From the human T2T-CHM13v2.0 reference genome, Homo sapiens: a stretch of 64,000 nucleotides of DNA. The position numbers were made by a program, and so were the translations under genes. Positions 1 through 13,992 of the stretch are shown piece after piece. Each line of letters begins with the position of its first letter. Position 1 is the first letter of the stretch. Under the pieces are notes generated by a model. The model saw only the letters and a list, made by a program, of their open reading frames with translations, made no database searches and was not told the DNA's origin. The stretch is taken from assembly GCF_009914755.1 (NCBI RefSeq), contig NC_060936.1; one strand, written 5' to 3'.

Positions 1-249
1 TCTTTTAGGGGTTTCCTTGTCAATAGCTGGTTGCCTCCTCTTAATTCTATTGCTAGTTTGCCCCTTTTTCAATAGTGAGTTGTCATCTTGCAACTATAAC
101 AGAACAAGCTATTTAAATTAACGTGAATGAGAACTGTGATGTATTGGAACGAAACAAGCACTTTTGGGGACTGACCTTGAGTTAATTCCCTGCACCAGCA
201 TTTGCATTTCCCAAAGTGTGTTCCAAGAACCCTAGTTAGGGAAACATTT

Positions 250-395
250 CATGTCAGTATTTCTCAGTGTGCAGATCATCTGCATCTGAACTACCTGGGG
301 TGTTAAAGTACAGGCTCCAGGGCTGCTTCTGAGGGGCTTGGTAATATGAATTTTCAACAGTTTCTCAGAGTGATTCACATGTACTTTGGCAAAAA
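250..395. mobile_element. MER5-like hAT-Charlie DNA transposon relic
   Basis: Degenerate motifs catctgcatctgaactacctgggg...gaattttcaacag...gtgattc resemble MER5A. Confidence 0.4.
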
Positions 396-426
396 GGAAT
401 CTAGTAAATTTGTGAATTACTTTCTT

Positions 427-1082
427 TTTTTTTTTCTTTTTTTGTTTCGTTTTGTTTTGTTTAAACAAATGTGCACCACGATGTTTCAACAAGTAAGACA
501 AATGCCATGAATGTGAAAGCTGCAGTTTGCAATATACCATATTTAGAACCCAGGGTAGGTGAATTAGCCAGAGGTGGTAGTCATTCTAATTAAACAATCA
601 AGTAATTTCACGACAAGTATCAAAACTGTCCACTTAAGTTTCTTTTTTCTTGATGATAAGAGGTCCCACGTTGACTCCAGTCTCTTCGTTGTGTTTTGTG
701 TGAGACCCATCACAGAATGGGAATTTTTGGACCTCCAGAAACGGCAGTACACAGCATTATCTCCCAAATCCTCCATGTCAAAAGCATGTACTGTCTTGGG
801 GTTGTCTTTCTGGATGTGAAGGTTTATCACAGCTTTATTTCGATGATCTTTAACATAAAATCTTTTGTAAGCTAGATAACCAATTGCAGCTGTCCCAGCA
901 GCAACGGTAACTGCTGCCATCCATTCAACTCGTCCGCTGGAACTGGAAGTCAGACTCATGGCGCCGTCGCTTGCAAGGCGTGTGCACTAGGATACCGAGC
1001 ACAAACGGGTTTGCGCGGCCAGCGAGAGTCAAGGTAGGTGCCAGCGGCGTACTAACGTTACCGACTCCGCGCTGCTACCGCC
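427..1082 (-). pseudogene. CISD1: Processed pseudogene (retrocopy) of CISD1/mitoNEET; symbol given is the parent gene
   Basis: Intronless ORF from ATG at 959 reads [42 protein letters not shown]..., matching CISD1. CpG-rich 5'UTR at 960-1082; A-rich tail at ~427-462; 13-bp TSD gaattactttctt at 414-426 and 1083-1095. Cys74 is changed to Phe and a 1-bp deletion near 723 shifts the frame; the original frame continues [21 protein letters not shown] to ~634. Confidence 0.96.
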
Positions 1083-1204
1083 GAATTACTTTCTTGACTT
1101 ACAGACTACATTAGCAAATTAAGGGATCTGAAAAGGATCTGAAAAGTCCTGTAGTAGAGACCTGTTTAACTTTTTTAAACCCAGGACTTTCTCAAATTGT
1201 TTGA

Positions 1205-1508
<304 letters not shown>

Positions 1509-2436
1509 TCAAATTGTTTGATTACAGAATTCTTTTTTGGGAGGAACATTTGTTAGTTGATCAAATACTATTGGGAAAAGTTACTCTATCTAATAGCATA
1601 ATAATTGTAGATTGTCACAATTGCTTGCTAGTTTGATACTGAGTTACTGTAGTGTCTTGCTATAAGCATTAGACAGACATCTGAGTGTGAATCCTGAATT
1701 TTATACTGTTGGTTCGGTTACCTAGCAGTCACGTTCTCTTAATCACAAGGGAGACAGAGCGAAAGAGTGAGTTAATACCAGAAACATTGCTAGAAAAATA
1801 GACACGTGTTTCTGATACTATCATATTTTATGAAGAGTGATGTATATGAATACTTCTGGCAATGTATTTTGCCCAGACATTCTACATCCTCACTCTACAC
1901 CTCCAGAGAAGAGATCTGGGAGATCTGGTTGCCATTTGACAGTAGACTCTACAGAGGAAGGAGCAAGGAGCTCTTCCAGAAACACCAATCAAGTAGAACA
2001 ATGGGAAAGAAGTAAACACAGTTGAGCAGGAAATTGGATGGAAGTGAAGTAATTCTTCACTCTGCAGCAGAAGTGGTTAAAGGCAACCCCAGTTTTTCTT
2101 CCCACCATTCTGCCATTAGGCATAAACAACACAGAGCCAGGCAGTAAAGAAATGATAAAGGAGGACTGAACTTTAGGGACTTCTCTCTGGGGGTGGGACT
2201 GCCTTTTGCTTGGCTCTAGAACTAGAGGGACAAAGACGGGTCCGGAGTAAAGGAAGTAGGGCACAGATTAGCTGGAGGGAGAGAGATAAGTAGACCTCTG
2301 GGTTTCCTTTCAAATTGCCTGGGTTGATTGACCAGGATAGAGAAGGAGGCCAAATCCTGGGCTTGCTCATCCCGTCCCTCACCACGCAAGGCATTTCATT
2401 TCTCCATGCTTTTGCATGCCTTGTCTCCTTTGTTTC

Positions 2437-2463
2437 TTCTTTTCTTTGTTTTTTTTCTTTCCT

Positions 2464-2498
<35 letters not shown>

Positions 2499-2788
2499 AG
2501 AAAGGGTCTCTCTCCTTTACCTAAGCTGGAGTACGGTGGCCTGAACATGGCTCACAGCAGCCTCGACTTCTGGGGCTCAAGCAATTCTTCTGCCTCAGCC
2601 TCCCAAGTAGCTAGAACCACAGGTGCGCATCACCACGCCTGGCTTTTTTTTTTTTTTTTTTTTTTGTAGAGGCAAGTCCTTGCCATCTTGCCCAGACTTG
2701 TCTGGAACTCCTGGGCTCAAGCCCTTCTCCTACCTTGGCCTCCCAAAGTACTGAGATTACAGGCGTTAGTCATTGTATCCAATCCTGC
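2437..2788 (-). mobile_element. AluJ with long poly(A) tail and expanded middle A-tract
   Basis: Diverged Alu; T-runs at ~2440-2497 and 2644-2665; approximate TSD ctccttt(g/a)tttc. Confidence 0.9.
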
Positions 2789-3059
2789 CTCCTTTATTTC
2801 AAATGCCCTTGCCTTGTTCTCTCCCTCTATGTGCCCATGGAACTTTGCTGATTTTTCTAACTTAAGCTCATAATATGTTAATGGTATGCAGCGAGATTGG
2901 GAGCTTTTTGAAGGGCAGAGATAATGTCTTATTTATCTTGAGTATCTTGCACTAGGCTCAGCTTCTAGCATAAAACAGCTTTTCAATTAATGTTTGTGGT
3001 AGCCAGGGAGATCAGAAATCTCAACAGGATGCCTCTAAATAATCTTTAGAGTACTCATG

Positions 3060-3205
3060 TAGAGTTCAGTGGTATAGAGCTTTAGAGCTGGAGGCTATCT
3101 ATAGACCCTCCTCATTTTACAAATAGGGCAGTGATAGTTCACTCAAGAGGCAAGCAGCGACCTAGGACTCAGGCCTCCTGCCTCTCAGTCCTATGTTCTT
3201 TTGAC
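3060..3205 (-). mobile_element. MIR fragment
   Basis: Core ctcattttacaaat..gg..a.tga followed by ctaggactcaggcctcctgcctctcagtcc. Confidence 0.55.
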
Positions 3206-5669
3206 TCCCTCAAGGTGGTTTGTGTAATAAAAAAACCCTCAAAACTCACACTACCCAATGCTGCATGACCCTTTATGAATTATAGTATAAAGCAGTATTT
3301 CATGTAATATTTGCATCAGTGAAAAATGTAGAGACATTGAGCTAGAAAGTGATTTAAGGAGGATGTTCTGCCTCCACATAGAATGTGTTCCATTTCTGAA
3401 TTTTTGCATCCATTGTGTGCCTTTCTAATTCTTGGCTTAGCTTGGAAGCTGCAGTTAAAAAATGCTGGGTGAGAAGCTATTCTCCTGGTACTTTCAACTT
3501 TATTGGAAAGAGAAGGTCTCATAAATCACATAAGGGAACTGGGGCCTGTAGGATTGCTTAGTTGCCAAGTGAATTCTGATTGATTGCTTTGGAAAATATG
3601 TACATTTTCCAGGAGCTTATCTGAAATAAAATAAAGATTCATACTTTCTCAGACTGAGCTCCCACTCCACCAGATTTCAATCATAGTCTGGTCATTTTAA
3701 TCCAGTGAAAGGGCAGTTAAATGAACAGTGTAAGCATTAGAAGTGTAGTAAAAAATCTGAACAGCAAAGCACAAATGTTATTTCAAATAGAGAAAGGTTT
3801 GGAACACCAAAAATACTCCTAACTAAACATAAAATTAGAACCAGATTCAGGTTCTATGACTCGTGTTGACTTAAGCTTCTTCCTAATAATGGCCAGCATA
3901 TCAGAGTGGAGAAATTGTTGGGAAAACCATGTTATCAGACGCAGGTATCACTTCCGTATCAGGAAGCACTGTGAATTAGGATTTCAGGAGAACTGAAATT
4001 GTGTGTGTCCACAGAGAGCGAAATTAAATGGGAGGAAAACATTTGGATCTTAATCCTTTGAGCTCACAGAAACTGTTGAAAATCTATGAAAGCTGTGTAA
4101 AAATTCACATGCATATGAAAACTTTCAGACCCACGATGCCCATAGGGTGCTGGGAACCTACATTAAGTACCTCTTATTTAACTATTTTTCCTAGAATTTC
4201 TGGTTTCTATATGTGGCAGATCTGCCTGGCTGGCACCTGGAACTTCCAGCCTCTTCACACACATACACTGTAGGGCCAGGTTGTAGCAAAAAAAAAAAAA
4301 AAAAAAACAGAAAAGGAAAAAAGAGGACAGAACATCTGCTGTGAGGCTGATTCAGTTTTACTCAGGGTGAACAGAAGTGGCCTTAATCCCCTACAGATTT
4401 CCTTTACTTTGTTGTTATGCAGAGGGATCATCTGGCAGAGATTTTAAATTTTCTGAGCATTTATTTATACTTTCATTTGTAGTACGTCTGAAAGGAAAAT
4501 GCAAACTTTTAATTGGACTGACTTGGTAACTTGGTTCAGTGATAGGCTGGGTTCAAAATTGCTCCATCCCCGTTTATCAGATGATTACAGTTTAGGTGGG
4601 TAGCAAATTCTGCTTTATCTTGGAGATACACAGTTTAAGAGATTTTCTAGTCTTCATTCATTACCATTTCTTCTGAATTCATCTCTGGTGAACTAAGGAA
4701 GACTTCTTGCTGTATGATTAGCCTACTGAACATGATGATGCATTCCTGAACAGACATGGGAAAGGCAGGTGGATAATAATAGTCTACAGCACTTTTTGTT
4801 TATCCAGAAATCTGCCATCCCCAGGAGGTTGACATATAATCCCATACTTAATCTGTCATCCATACTTTATGTAATAATAATAATAATGATAATGATAATC
4901 ATTTACACTTATATAGCCACTTTCATCTAGGGTATCTTAGAGCTTTACAAACACTAATTAATTCTCCTGGTCTCCCTGTGAACTAGGTAAGGCCCGTTTT
5001 ACAGGTGAGGCATTTGAGGCACAGAAAGGACGAATGGCTTTCTCAAGGCCCTTGGGTACTGAATGACAGAGAGCTCTGTACTTCCAGTTGTCTAGAGCCA
5101 GCTGCATCTTCTGGGTGAGTGAGTGGGAGGGACCACACCAGAATAAGGCCTTCTAAGACTTGGTTACCTAAACCCTAGTAGTGCATAGAAGCTCTGGGAG
5201 AGTTTCCAAAGTATGTGCTTTTTCATCCCCAGCACACACATGCACAGCCTGTGAGTGGTTGTTTTTGAGGTCTAAGCAGTAGAGGTGGAGTTAAAGTTGG
5301 CTGTCATATATCTTTGGATAGGAAGGAAAGGAAAGAACGTGGGCAGAGAATTGCATTTTAAGTGGATGTTGCTGAGATGTATCAGCCTACTCTACACTGA
5401 ATCAGAGTAATCCTGACTTTTGACTTGTTTTATTCTGTTCCACTACATGAACCATTTGATATGTACATAACAAGGATGCAATGATTAAAGAGAGTCCAGT
5501 ATGCAATTGGCAAGGCACCTAATGGAAACTAGCTTCTCACTGTTTCCAGGCATTTTAGTTTTAGAGAATCCTTGAAATTCTCCCAAATGGGTGGTGCTGA
5601 ATTCAGGGAAAATGATGTTTAATGAGTGCTTCTCTCTCTCTTTAATTGCAAGAAGAAATAGACAAATGA

Positions 5670-5820
5670 GGGCTTATCAAATGTTAATATGCATACCAGT
5701 CACCTAGGGATCTGTTAAAATACAGATTGTTGCTTAGTAATTCTGGAGTGGGGCCCAAGATCATGCTTCCAGTTGATGCCCATGATAATGGTCCCTATAG
5801 CTTGCTCTGAATAGTGAGAC
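5670..5820. mobile_element. MER5A-like DNA transposon relic
   Basis: gcataccagtcacctagggatctgttaaaatacagatt...ggggcccaaga motif. Confidence 0.55.
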
Positions 5821-5899
5821 TCTACGCTACTGTTTACAATTCCGATGAGCTTATTCCCACAACATACTGCTCTGGAGGAAGCTTCGGTCAATTGGAGTG

Positions 5900-6472
<573 letters not shown>

Positions 6473-7244
6473 TTACGTTCTCTAACAAATACTTTATAGT
6501 TTTCCTTCTGTATCTGCTGTAATCAATAACTATATTTTATCTATCTTGGCTTTTTCCTATTATTTTACCTCTGGATTCTTTCTCTTAAACATGTATAAGC
6601 CAGCATCAAATGTTAATATGTCTCTCAATATCAAAATGCTTTCCTTGAGCTAATTTCTTGTCTTGTTAACTATTATAAACTTACCTCTGCCTTCCTGGGT
6701 TCTAATTTGATCTAGGCCATGCAACACAAGTGAGACTGTATGGTATTCATTTAGTAAACAAATATTTATTAAGCACCTACTATGCTATGTTCTGATGCCC
6801 TGGGTATACATACCACTGAGAATAAGATAGAGACTTTTTGTTTTCCATATTGTTTTTGTTGCCTCTGTTTAACTGTTTGAGCAATAGCGAAGTCTTTCTT
6901 TAATTCTCCATTTATTGATGAAGACTTTCTCTCATTTTCTTCTAGTTCCATTTTTGTCTTTTCCTCTTGCCCACACTTATCCTTTAGATCTTTTCCCTCT
7001 GAATCCATCAGACTGACAAGAAAATTCTTTCCTAAAAAGTCTTTACAAAACTCATATTGTGTGAAATGGTTTTAATTTTTAATAAAAAGCAACAGTGAAA
7101 GTTAAGTATTGTATACGCATGGGAACAAATGTCTGGAATAACACATACCTCACTGTTAACACTGGAACTGGTGAGAGGAAACTTTCACCTTTATCTTTAT
7201 GTACTTTGGCATTTTGGGGAAAAAAACTCTCCCCCTTACAGTCA

Positions 7245-7596
<352 letters not shown>

Positions 7597-8434
7597 GTAT
7601 AGATTGATGGACGACAAAAGGAAGGTTGAAGAAAAATGAAATGAAACTTACAATCTTCAAATTTGCCCACATTCCCACCTGTAGTTTTATGTCTCAATTG
7701 CTGAGTCTCTTATTTAGGTTTCAAATCACTGGTTTGGAACCCCATCTTCCTGGGATTATGCAGTGTCAAGAACACTGTTGACATGAAAGCAATACTAATA
7801 GTAAAACAAGAGGAGGCATTTTTACAAGACACAGCACTACCCAGATGGATTTTGATAAGGTTGGTATGTACCCCAAGAGGTCATAATTAACCACATCAAA
7901 GAAGGAGTGGCTTCTTAAGCAAATGGACTTTATCTTGCCATCTGCCAAAAAATGTACCAAATGCTCTTACTTTGTTAAAAAATATCTGCACTTTTGGAAC
8001 CAAGTCTTCGTAGCTTTGAACTGACAAACGTGATTGAAGAAATACTTTTATTACTTACACATTTGACCTCTCATTCTTTATTTGGCACCTTGCTTCTCTT
8101 ATGTCCTCCTCGCTTGGACACATCATCTACAATTTACATAAATGAGAAAGTACTGGGTCATGGCTTAATTGGGAACAGAGAGGAGTTATCTGATAAAAAC
8201 AGAGCAGGAAGAATTTAATTTCCCTAGCTCATGGTCAATTTTCATCCTACCAGCTGGCATGCTGGATTAAGTAGTTGTTAGAGAATTGAATTTAGCAAAT
8301 CTAACGTAGGCAAAACTGCGTTAGAATTTATGTAGGACTCAACCTGGTTTCTGATTAGAATCCTCTGGAGAGGTTTTTGCAGATTAAGCTTGATTTAATT
8401 GGCTAACTTTGGAATTAATAAAAACAACAACCTA

Positions 8435-8819
<385 letters not shown>

Positions 8820-10439
8820 CTACTTCTGGGACTGAGCCAGCCTTATACGAGGTCTTTGGACTACACAGCTTTTAATTAGAGACCACATGGTTCTCTTAAG
8901 GAATAATAGATACTCTTCAAATTTATTCTTTCCTGTGATTTTTAGTTTCAGGTACATTTGAAAAATAATCATAGGTGTAAATGAATAGATTGGAATGGCC
9001 CAAGAATGTACTGAACATTTACAATTGTGTTTCAGCCTTGGTACTTTTACTTTATGTATATAAAACTCTAATATTATATTTCTCTGTAATTAATACTTAT
9101 TTCTTAAATGTTATTTAATGAAGTAGTTCACCTTTATTTCTGCAATGATTATTAAATTATCAATCTTTTTCAAATGCAGAATAAAAATTTGCCTACCCTT
9201 GACTGTAAGTTTCTGGCTAGCACTGGAGTTTCTTTCACTGGAGGCATCTTCCTTAGATTCTTTGCCTGCCTCTTCTTTTTGGTGGTGCCATACTAGTTAG
9301 ACACACCTCTACTGTTTCTCTTAGATTTAATAAAGGTGTTGGAGGCTATTCTTGCTGTTTTGTGGTTTTTATTCTATTTCTTCATTTCCAATATTACTTG
9401 GGGATATCTTTTTGTCTATGCTGTTCCCTATTCCACCCCTTTCCAGGGAGTTCTGGGCACAGCATTTTAGAATGTACAGAGATAAACCAGAATGTGCCTC
9501 ATCATGCATAATCCACATGCCAAAGGACCTGCAAACCATGTTGGGTGATGAACATTTGAAGGAAATGAAGGCAATTGCCCAAAGAAATTATGATGTGAAA
9601 TTATATGGTAAATGATAACTTCCTTAATATATTTTTCTTCCTTAATAAAATGAATTGTCCTTTTTAATTATAGAAAACCCAGATCCTCCAAGGCCCTAAC
9701 CCTGTTCCTTGATATGCAACTTTCTTTAGGTCAGGGATGATACTCATCATTCACCAGTGTTGCCACTTCCTCTGTTGTATTCATGATTGATAGGAGTACT
9801 AATTGATCAAAGCATTCTTTCCTGCTTGAATCTGGATGTGGCTTCAGGCAGCCACTACTAATTGATTGGTATTGGTGTTAAAAATGACATTATGTGTAAT
9901 TCCTACCTTAAAGGTCTCTTGCTAATTACTGCTGCCAGGAGGATAATTCTGCCCTTTAACACCAAGGGGGCTTTATGATCTATATTTAAATAAGTCTCCT
10001 GCCATAATACCCAGATAACAGTTGAGACAAAACTAGAATATTTATTAAGACTGTAATTAAGTGTAAGTCACTAACAAAGTGGAAATAGAATAATATAAAC
10101 TAGATAATCTTGCCTGTTCTTCCCTAATCCATCGTTAGCCTGGGATCCTCTAGCAGGATACCTCTTTGTATATCTCCTGGTTTTCCTCCATGAGGAAGAG
10201 AGAATTTTAAACTCCTAATCCTTTGGAATAGTTCAGAATCTTCAGGACTTAAAAATTCAGATCCAAGAAAATGAAGTCCCAAGAGAGAGGAATTGTTCTA
10301 TTTGTTGCTTTCTGAATTCTAGGTGAATTGCCTGATATTACTGAGGACTGGCAACAGAATGTTCATATGACATGTCTTTAAGAGAGACCACACTTAACTA
10401 CAATTCTACTATGACCTCAAAATCCCAACATTCCTTCAG

Positions 10440-10690
10440 CAGAGCCACACTCTTAAAGATTATAAATGTTGTCTTCAAATAATTGAATATTTGAAGGTGT
10501 AAGTTTATTGCATATTTCTTCCAAGGGTCAGCTAGATCAGTGGGTAGAAATCAGAGGGGGGCCAGACCTGAGTTTAACAGAAGGTTATGTTTTCTACTAA
10601 TAAGACATGCCCTAATGTTATTAAGCTGCCTTATGTTTTAGTGCTCCTAGTCATTGGAAAGATTTAGACAGTCTGGATTGCCCTGTGCCA
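10440..10690 (+). mobile_element. L3/CR1 LINE 3' fragment (overlaps the left arm of the inverted duplication)
   Basis: gtcttcaaata..ttgaagg...cagtgggtagaaa...gctgcctt...tagtgctcctagtcattgga resembles the CR1/L3 3' region. Confidence 0.55.
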
Positions 10691-11199
10691 GAGATAGAGT
10701 TGAGTGGACTCCCTTAGCAGATGGAAAATTGAACTTAATCTCCCTTCCCTTATCAAAGAATCAGGAGATAAGAAGATTCAAATATTCAGTTATTTGAAGA
10801 CAATATTTATCAAAGAATCGAAGACAACATTTATCAAAGAATCGGGAGATTCTTTGATAAGTTAGGTATAGCTACCCTACACGGTACAGCAGGAGTATTT
10901 ATAAGGAGGTAATCTATAAACCATTTGAACTTTTCTATCCTGACAGTTGCTGGCCAATGCAGGACTGATTATAAGTAATGATGACACATCTGTAACTTCT
11001 AAATGGGAAGGTCTTTGAATGGGATTGAAAAGACAAAGTGATGAAAAAATAATTGTGATAATACATACTGTTCCAGGTTTTAAGTGAGTACAACATAGCT
11101 GCATTATAATATAAAATTGTACAACTTAAAAATACACATATATGCAATCTATAATTACAAGTTTATGTGTACAACCTAGTCCATTTCTAAAAGAATTGT

Positions 11200-11550
11200 T
11201 CACATAATTTTGATCTTAAAATTGTAAGATGGAATATTATGTAACTAACATAACACTGCTACGGAAAATATATAATGTTGTGGGGAAATATTCACACACT
11301 ACTGAAGAAAAGCAGATCATAAAAATAACATGAAGAATGATTCTACTTTTGATGGGGAAAAAGTATACATTTATGTTTTTAAATATAGATTAAAGGTGCT
11401 TTTAATTTTGTAAGAAAAAGAAGACTGGAAGGATGTACCTCAAAAAGTTAATAATGGATATTATAGGGGAGTAGAATTAAGGGTGACTTTTGTTTCTATT
11501 TTAAATGTTTTCTAAAATTTCCAAAGTTCTTAAAATAAGCAGACATTACC
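11200..11550 (+). mobile_element. Old L1M 3'-end fragment
   Basis: aaagactggaaggatgtacctcaaaaagttaataatgg...gggtgacttttgtttct is typical of L1ME/MC 3' UTRs. Confidence 0.5.
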
Positions 11551-11554
11551 TTAG

Positions 11555-12098
11555 TGTTATCTTAGTTTTATATTTCTGCTGTAACAAATTATTACAAACT
11601 TCATAGTTTAAAAAACATGAATGTATTATCTTATGGTAAGATAATGTATTATCTTATAGGTTAAGAGTCCAATGCAAATTTCACTGGGTTAAAATAAAGG
11701 TGTTTATTGGGTAAAATCAAGTGCTGCATTCCTTTCTGGAGGCATTAGGGGTAAATCACTTTCCTCACCTTTTTCAGTTTGTAGAGGCTGCCTGCATTTC
11801 TTGGCTCATGGCCCCCTTCCTTCGTCTTTGAAGGCTGCGAAGTTGCATCTCTCTGACCATTCTTTCATAGACATATCTCCTCTGATGGGCTTCAACTAGA
11901 AAATGTTTCTGCTTTTGGCATTCTCTTGATTAGTTTGAGTTTACCTAAATAATCCAAGATAATCTCCACATCTCAAGCCCTGTATCCTTAATCACACTTG
12001 TGAAGTCCCTTTTGCCAAGTAAGGCAACACAGTCACAGGATTCGGGGATTATGACATGAATATTTTTGGTGGGGGAATGCATTATTCTGCTTACCACA
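11555..12098 (-). mobile_element. MLT1 (MaLR) solo LTR, MLT1C/D-like
   Basis: tgctgtaacaaattattacaaactt...ttcttggctcatggcccc...aagtcccttttgcca...attctgcttaccaca. Confidence 0.8.
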
Positions 12099-13049
12099 TG
12101 TGGTCAGGAAAAGAAAACATTTGTAAAAATGTGTTGAATCCCTACTGAACTCATTCTTTCCAATAGAAACGAAGTCATACATGAGGCCATTCTCCAGGCT
12201 AGTCATCAGAGCCTATGTGACCCATGATAGAGGGGATTTTACTTTTTCAGTAAACTTGTTCAAATGGTCCTGTTAGTGCTCTTACACATCAGTACCTGAA
12301 AGAATGAACAATAAACAAGTTCAAATGGTTTATAGATTACCTCTTTACAAATATACCTATGGTACTGTGTAGATTCACTATATGTAACTTATCAAAGATT
12401 CTCCCTCTGAAAGGGAGATTTAGCTCAATTTTCCATCTAAGAAGGGAGTCCATTCAACTCCATCTCTGGCACAGGGCAATCCAGACTTTGTCTAAATCTT
12501 CCCAGTGACTGGGAGCACTCTATAACATAAGGCAGCTTACTAACATTAGGGCATGTCTTATTAGTAGAAAACATATCCTTCTGTTAAACACACATCCGGC
12601 CCCACTCTAATTTCTACCCACTGGTCTAGCTGACTGTATCAGGAGAATGTATTCAGAGTTCCCAAGTGGATGCCAGGAACATAACCCTACCCTTTTTTTT
12701 CTCAGCCTCTGCTTTACTCTCTTCTTTCTCCCTTATACTTATTTTTGCCTCTCCCGTCTCCTCATATGTTTGGGAATACTGAGTGGAGATTCCGTTTTCA
12801 GTCTTTAGGTGGTGATCCCCATGGCATGTGGCATGAGTTCAAGCAGGATGGGGGTAGGAAGTGAGGAACAGCTGAGGAATTAGATGAGTTTGAGAGAAGG
12901 TAGTTGTGGGTCCTCTTTTTTGGTGTAAATCTCCGAAGGTATCCTGGGAGGCTCCCGTTTCTCTCCTTCAGTTTTCCCAGTGGCCCAAGTGATTGATTCA
13001 CCTGCTTCTTTTTACCTATCTCCACTAGTGTCACTGAAGGCTTCTGTTA

Positions 13050-13449
13050 CATTAAAAGAAAATCCTTAGCTAAATTAAATTTAATGGAGTTTATTTGAGC
13101 AAAGAACGATTCGCCAATTGGGCAGCCTCCAGAGCCCAGGTAGGCTCAGAGACTCCAGTGCACAGCCACGTGGTGGAAGATTTATGGATGGAAAAAGGAA
13201 AGTGACATATGGAAAATGGAAGTGAGGTACAGAAACAGCCAGATTGGTTACAGCTTGGCATTTGCCTTATTTGAACAAGGTTTGAACAGTTGGTTTCCTT
13301 TGATTGGCCAAAACTTGGTGATTGGCACAAGAGGAGGCTATAGTCTGTTGACACATCCAGTTAAGTTACAGTTCGCTATGAACAGAGAAACCTTTATGCA
13401 GAACTTAAAATATGTAGGGAGGCACCTTTAGGCTACACTTGACTTAACA
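13050..13449 (-). mobile_element. MER57-type ERV1 solo LTR
   Basis: Resembles recalled MER57 (tgttaa...agcctaaagctgcctcc..tacatattttaagtt...gtaaccaatc...cttttaaca); homologous to the copy at 23597. Confidence 0.8.
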
Positions 13450-13992
13450 GTTCTTACTTGCTCACCATGGAACAAAACAGTTGTTCATACAAACCAGAGC
13501 CCTTCTGGAGTTTTCTGAGGGCTTTTCTATCCAGCAACTGGGGACAGAAAACTCTCACATGCTCCCTTCTACTTATCTTGTGTTCGGGTTATGTAGCTCC
13601 AGGTGCTAGGGAAGGAGCGTTGCACGGAAGGGCTGCCTTAGAAGCTGGGGCATGGGGAAAGGCCGGCAAGAGGCTCCGCTGTTGGGCCAGGCAGTGGCAG
13701 GTGTGAGGGAGAAAGTCTGCTTTCCCTCTGTGGGGTGAGCTTTCCTCCAGCCTAGGCCAGCACAATCCCAGTCCCAGGTGGGTGGATCCCAATAAACAGA
13801 GCAAGTCTGTCTCCTTACAGTGTTCCAAAGATGGCGAGTGTATTGTTTTCTCATGTTCTGAGCTAGCTCTGTAGTTAGTTGAGGAAGTGTCTGGAGAAGG
13901 CTTTTCAAGGACAAGCCTCAAGTTGTCCTCTTTTTTGGCATTTAGGGGGAACATTGCCCCTGACTGGGAACTAGGGCTTGCCTCCTGATGAT

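Larger units (their letters stand above)
10527..12634. repeat. Long inverted repeat: arms 10527-10932 and 12317-12634, ~1.4-kb spacer
   Basis: Manual alignment of the left arm to the reverse complement of the right arm gives roughly 88% identity, with perfect runs of 35 bp (tatgttttctactaataagacatgccctaatgtta) and 27 bp. The left arm has an extra ~90 bp. Confidence 0.93.

Noticed and set aside
10527-12634. Inverted arms as terminal inverted repeats of a DNA transposon
   Set aside because: No flanking TSD and no transposase remnant; the left arm is continuous with an L3 relic that extends beyond it.
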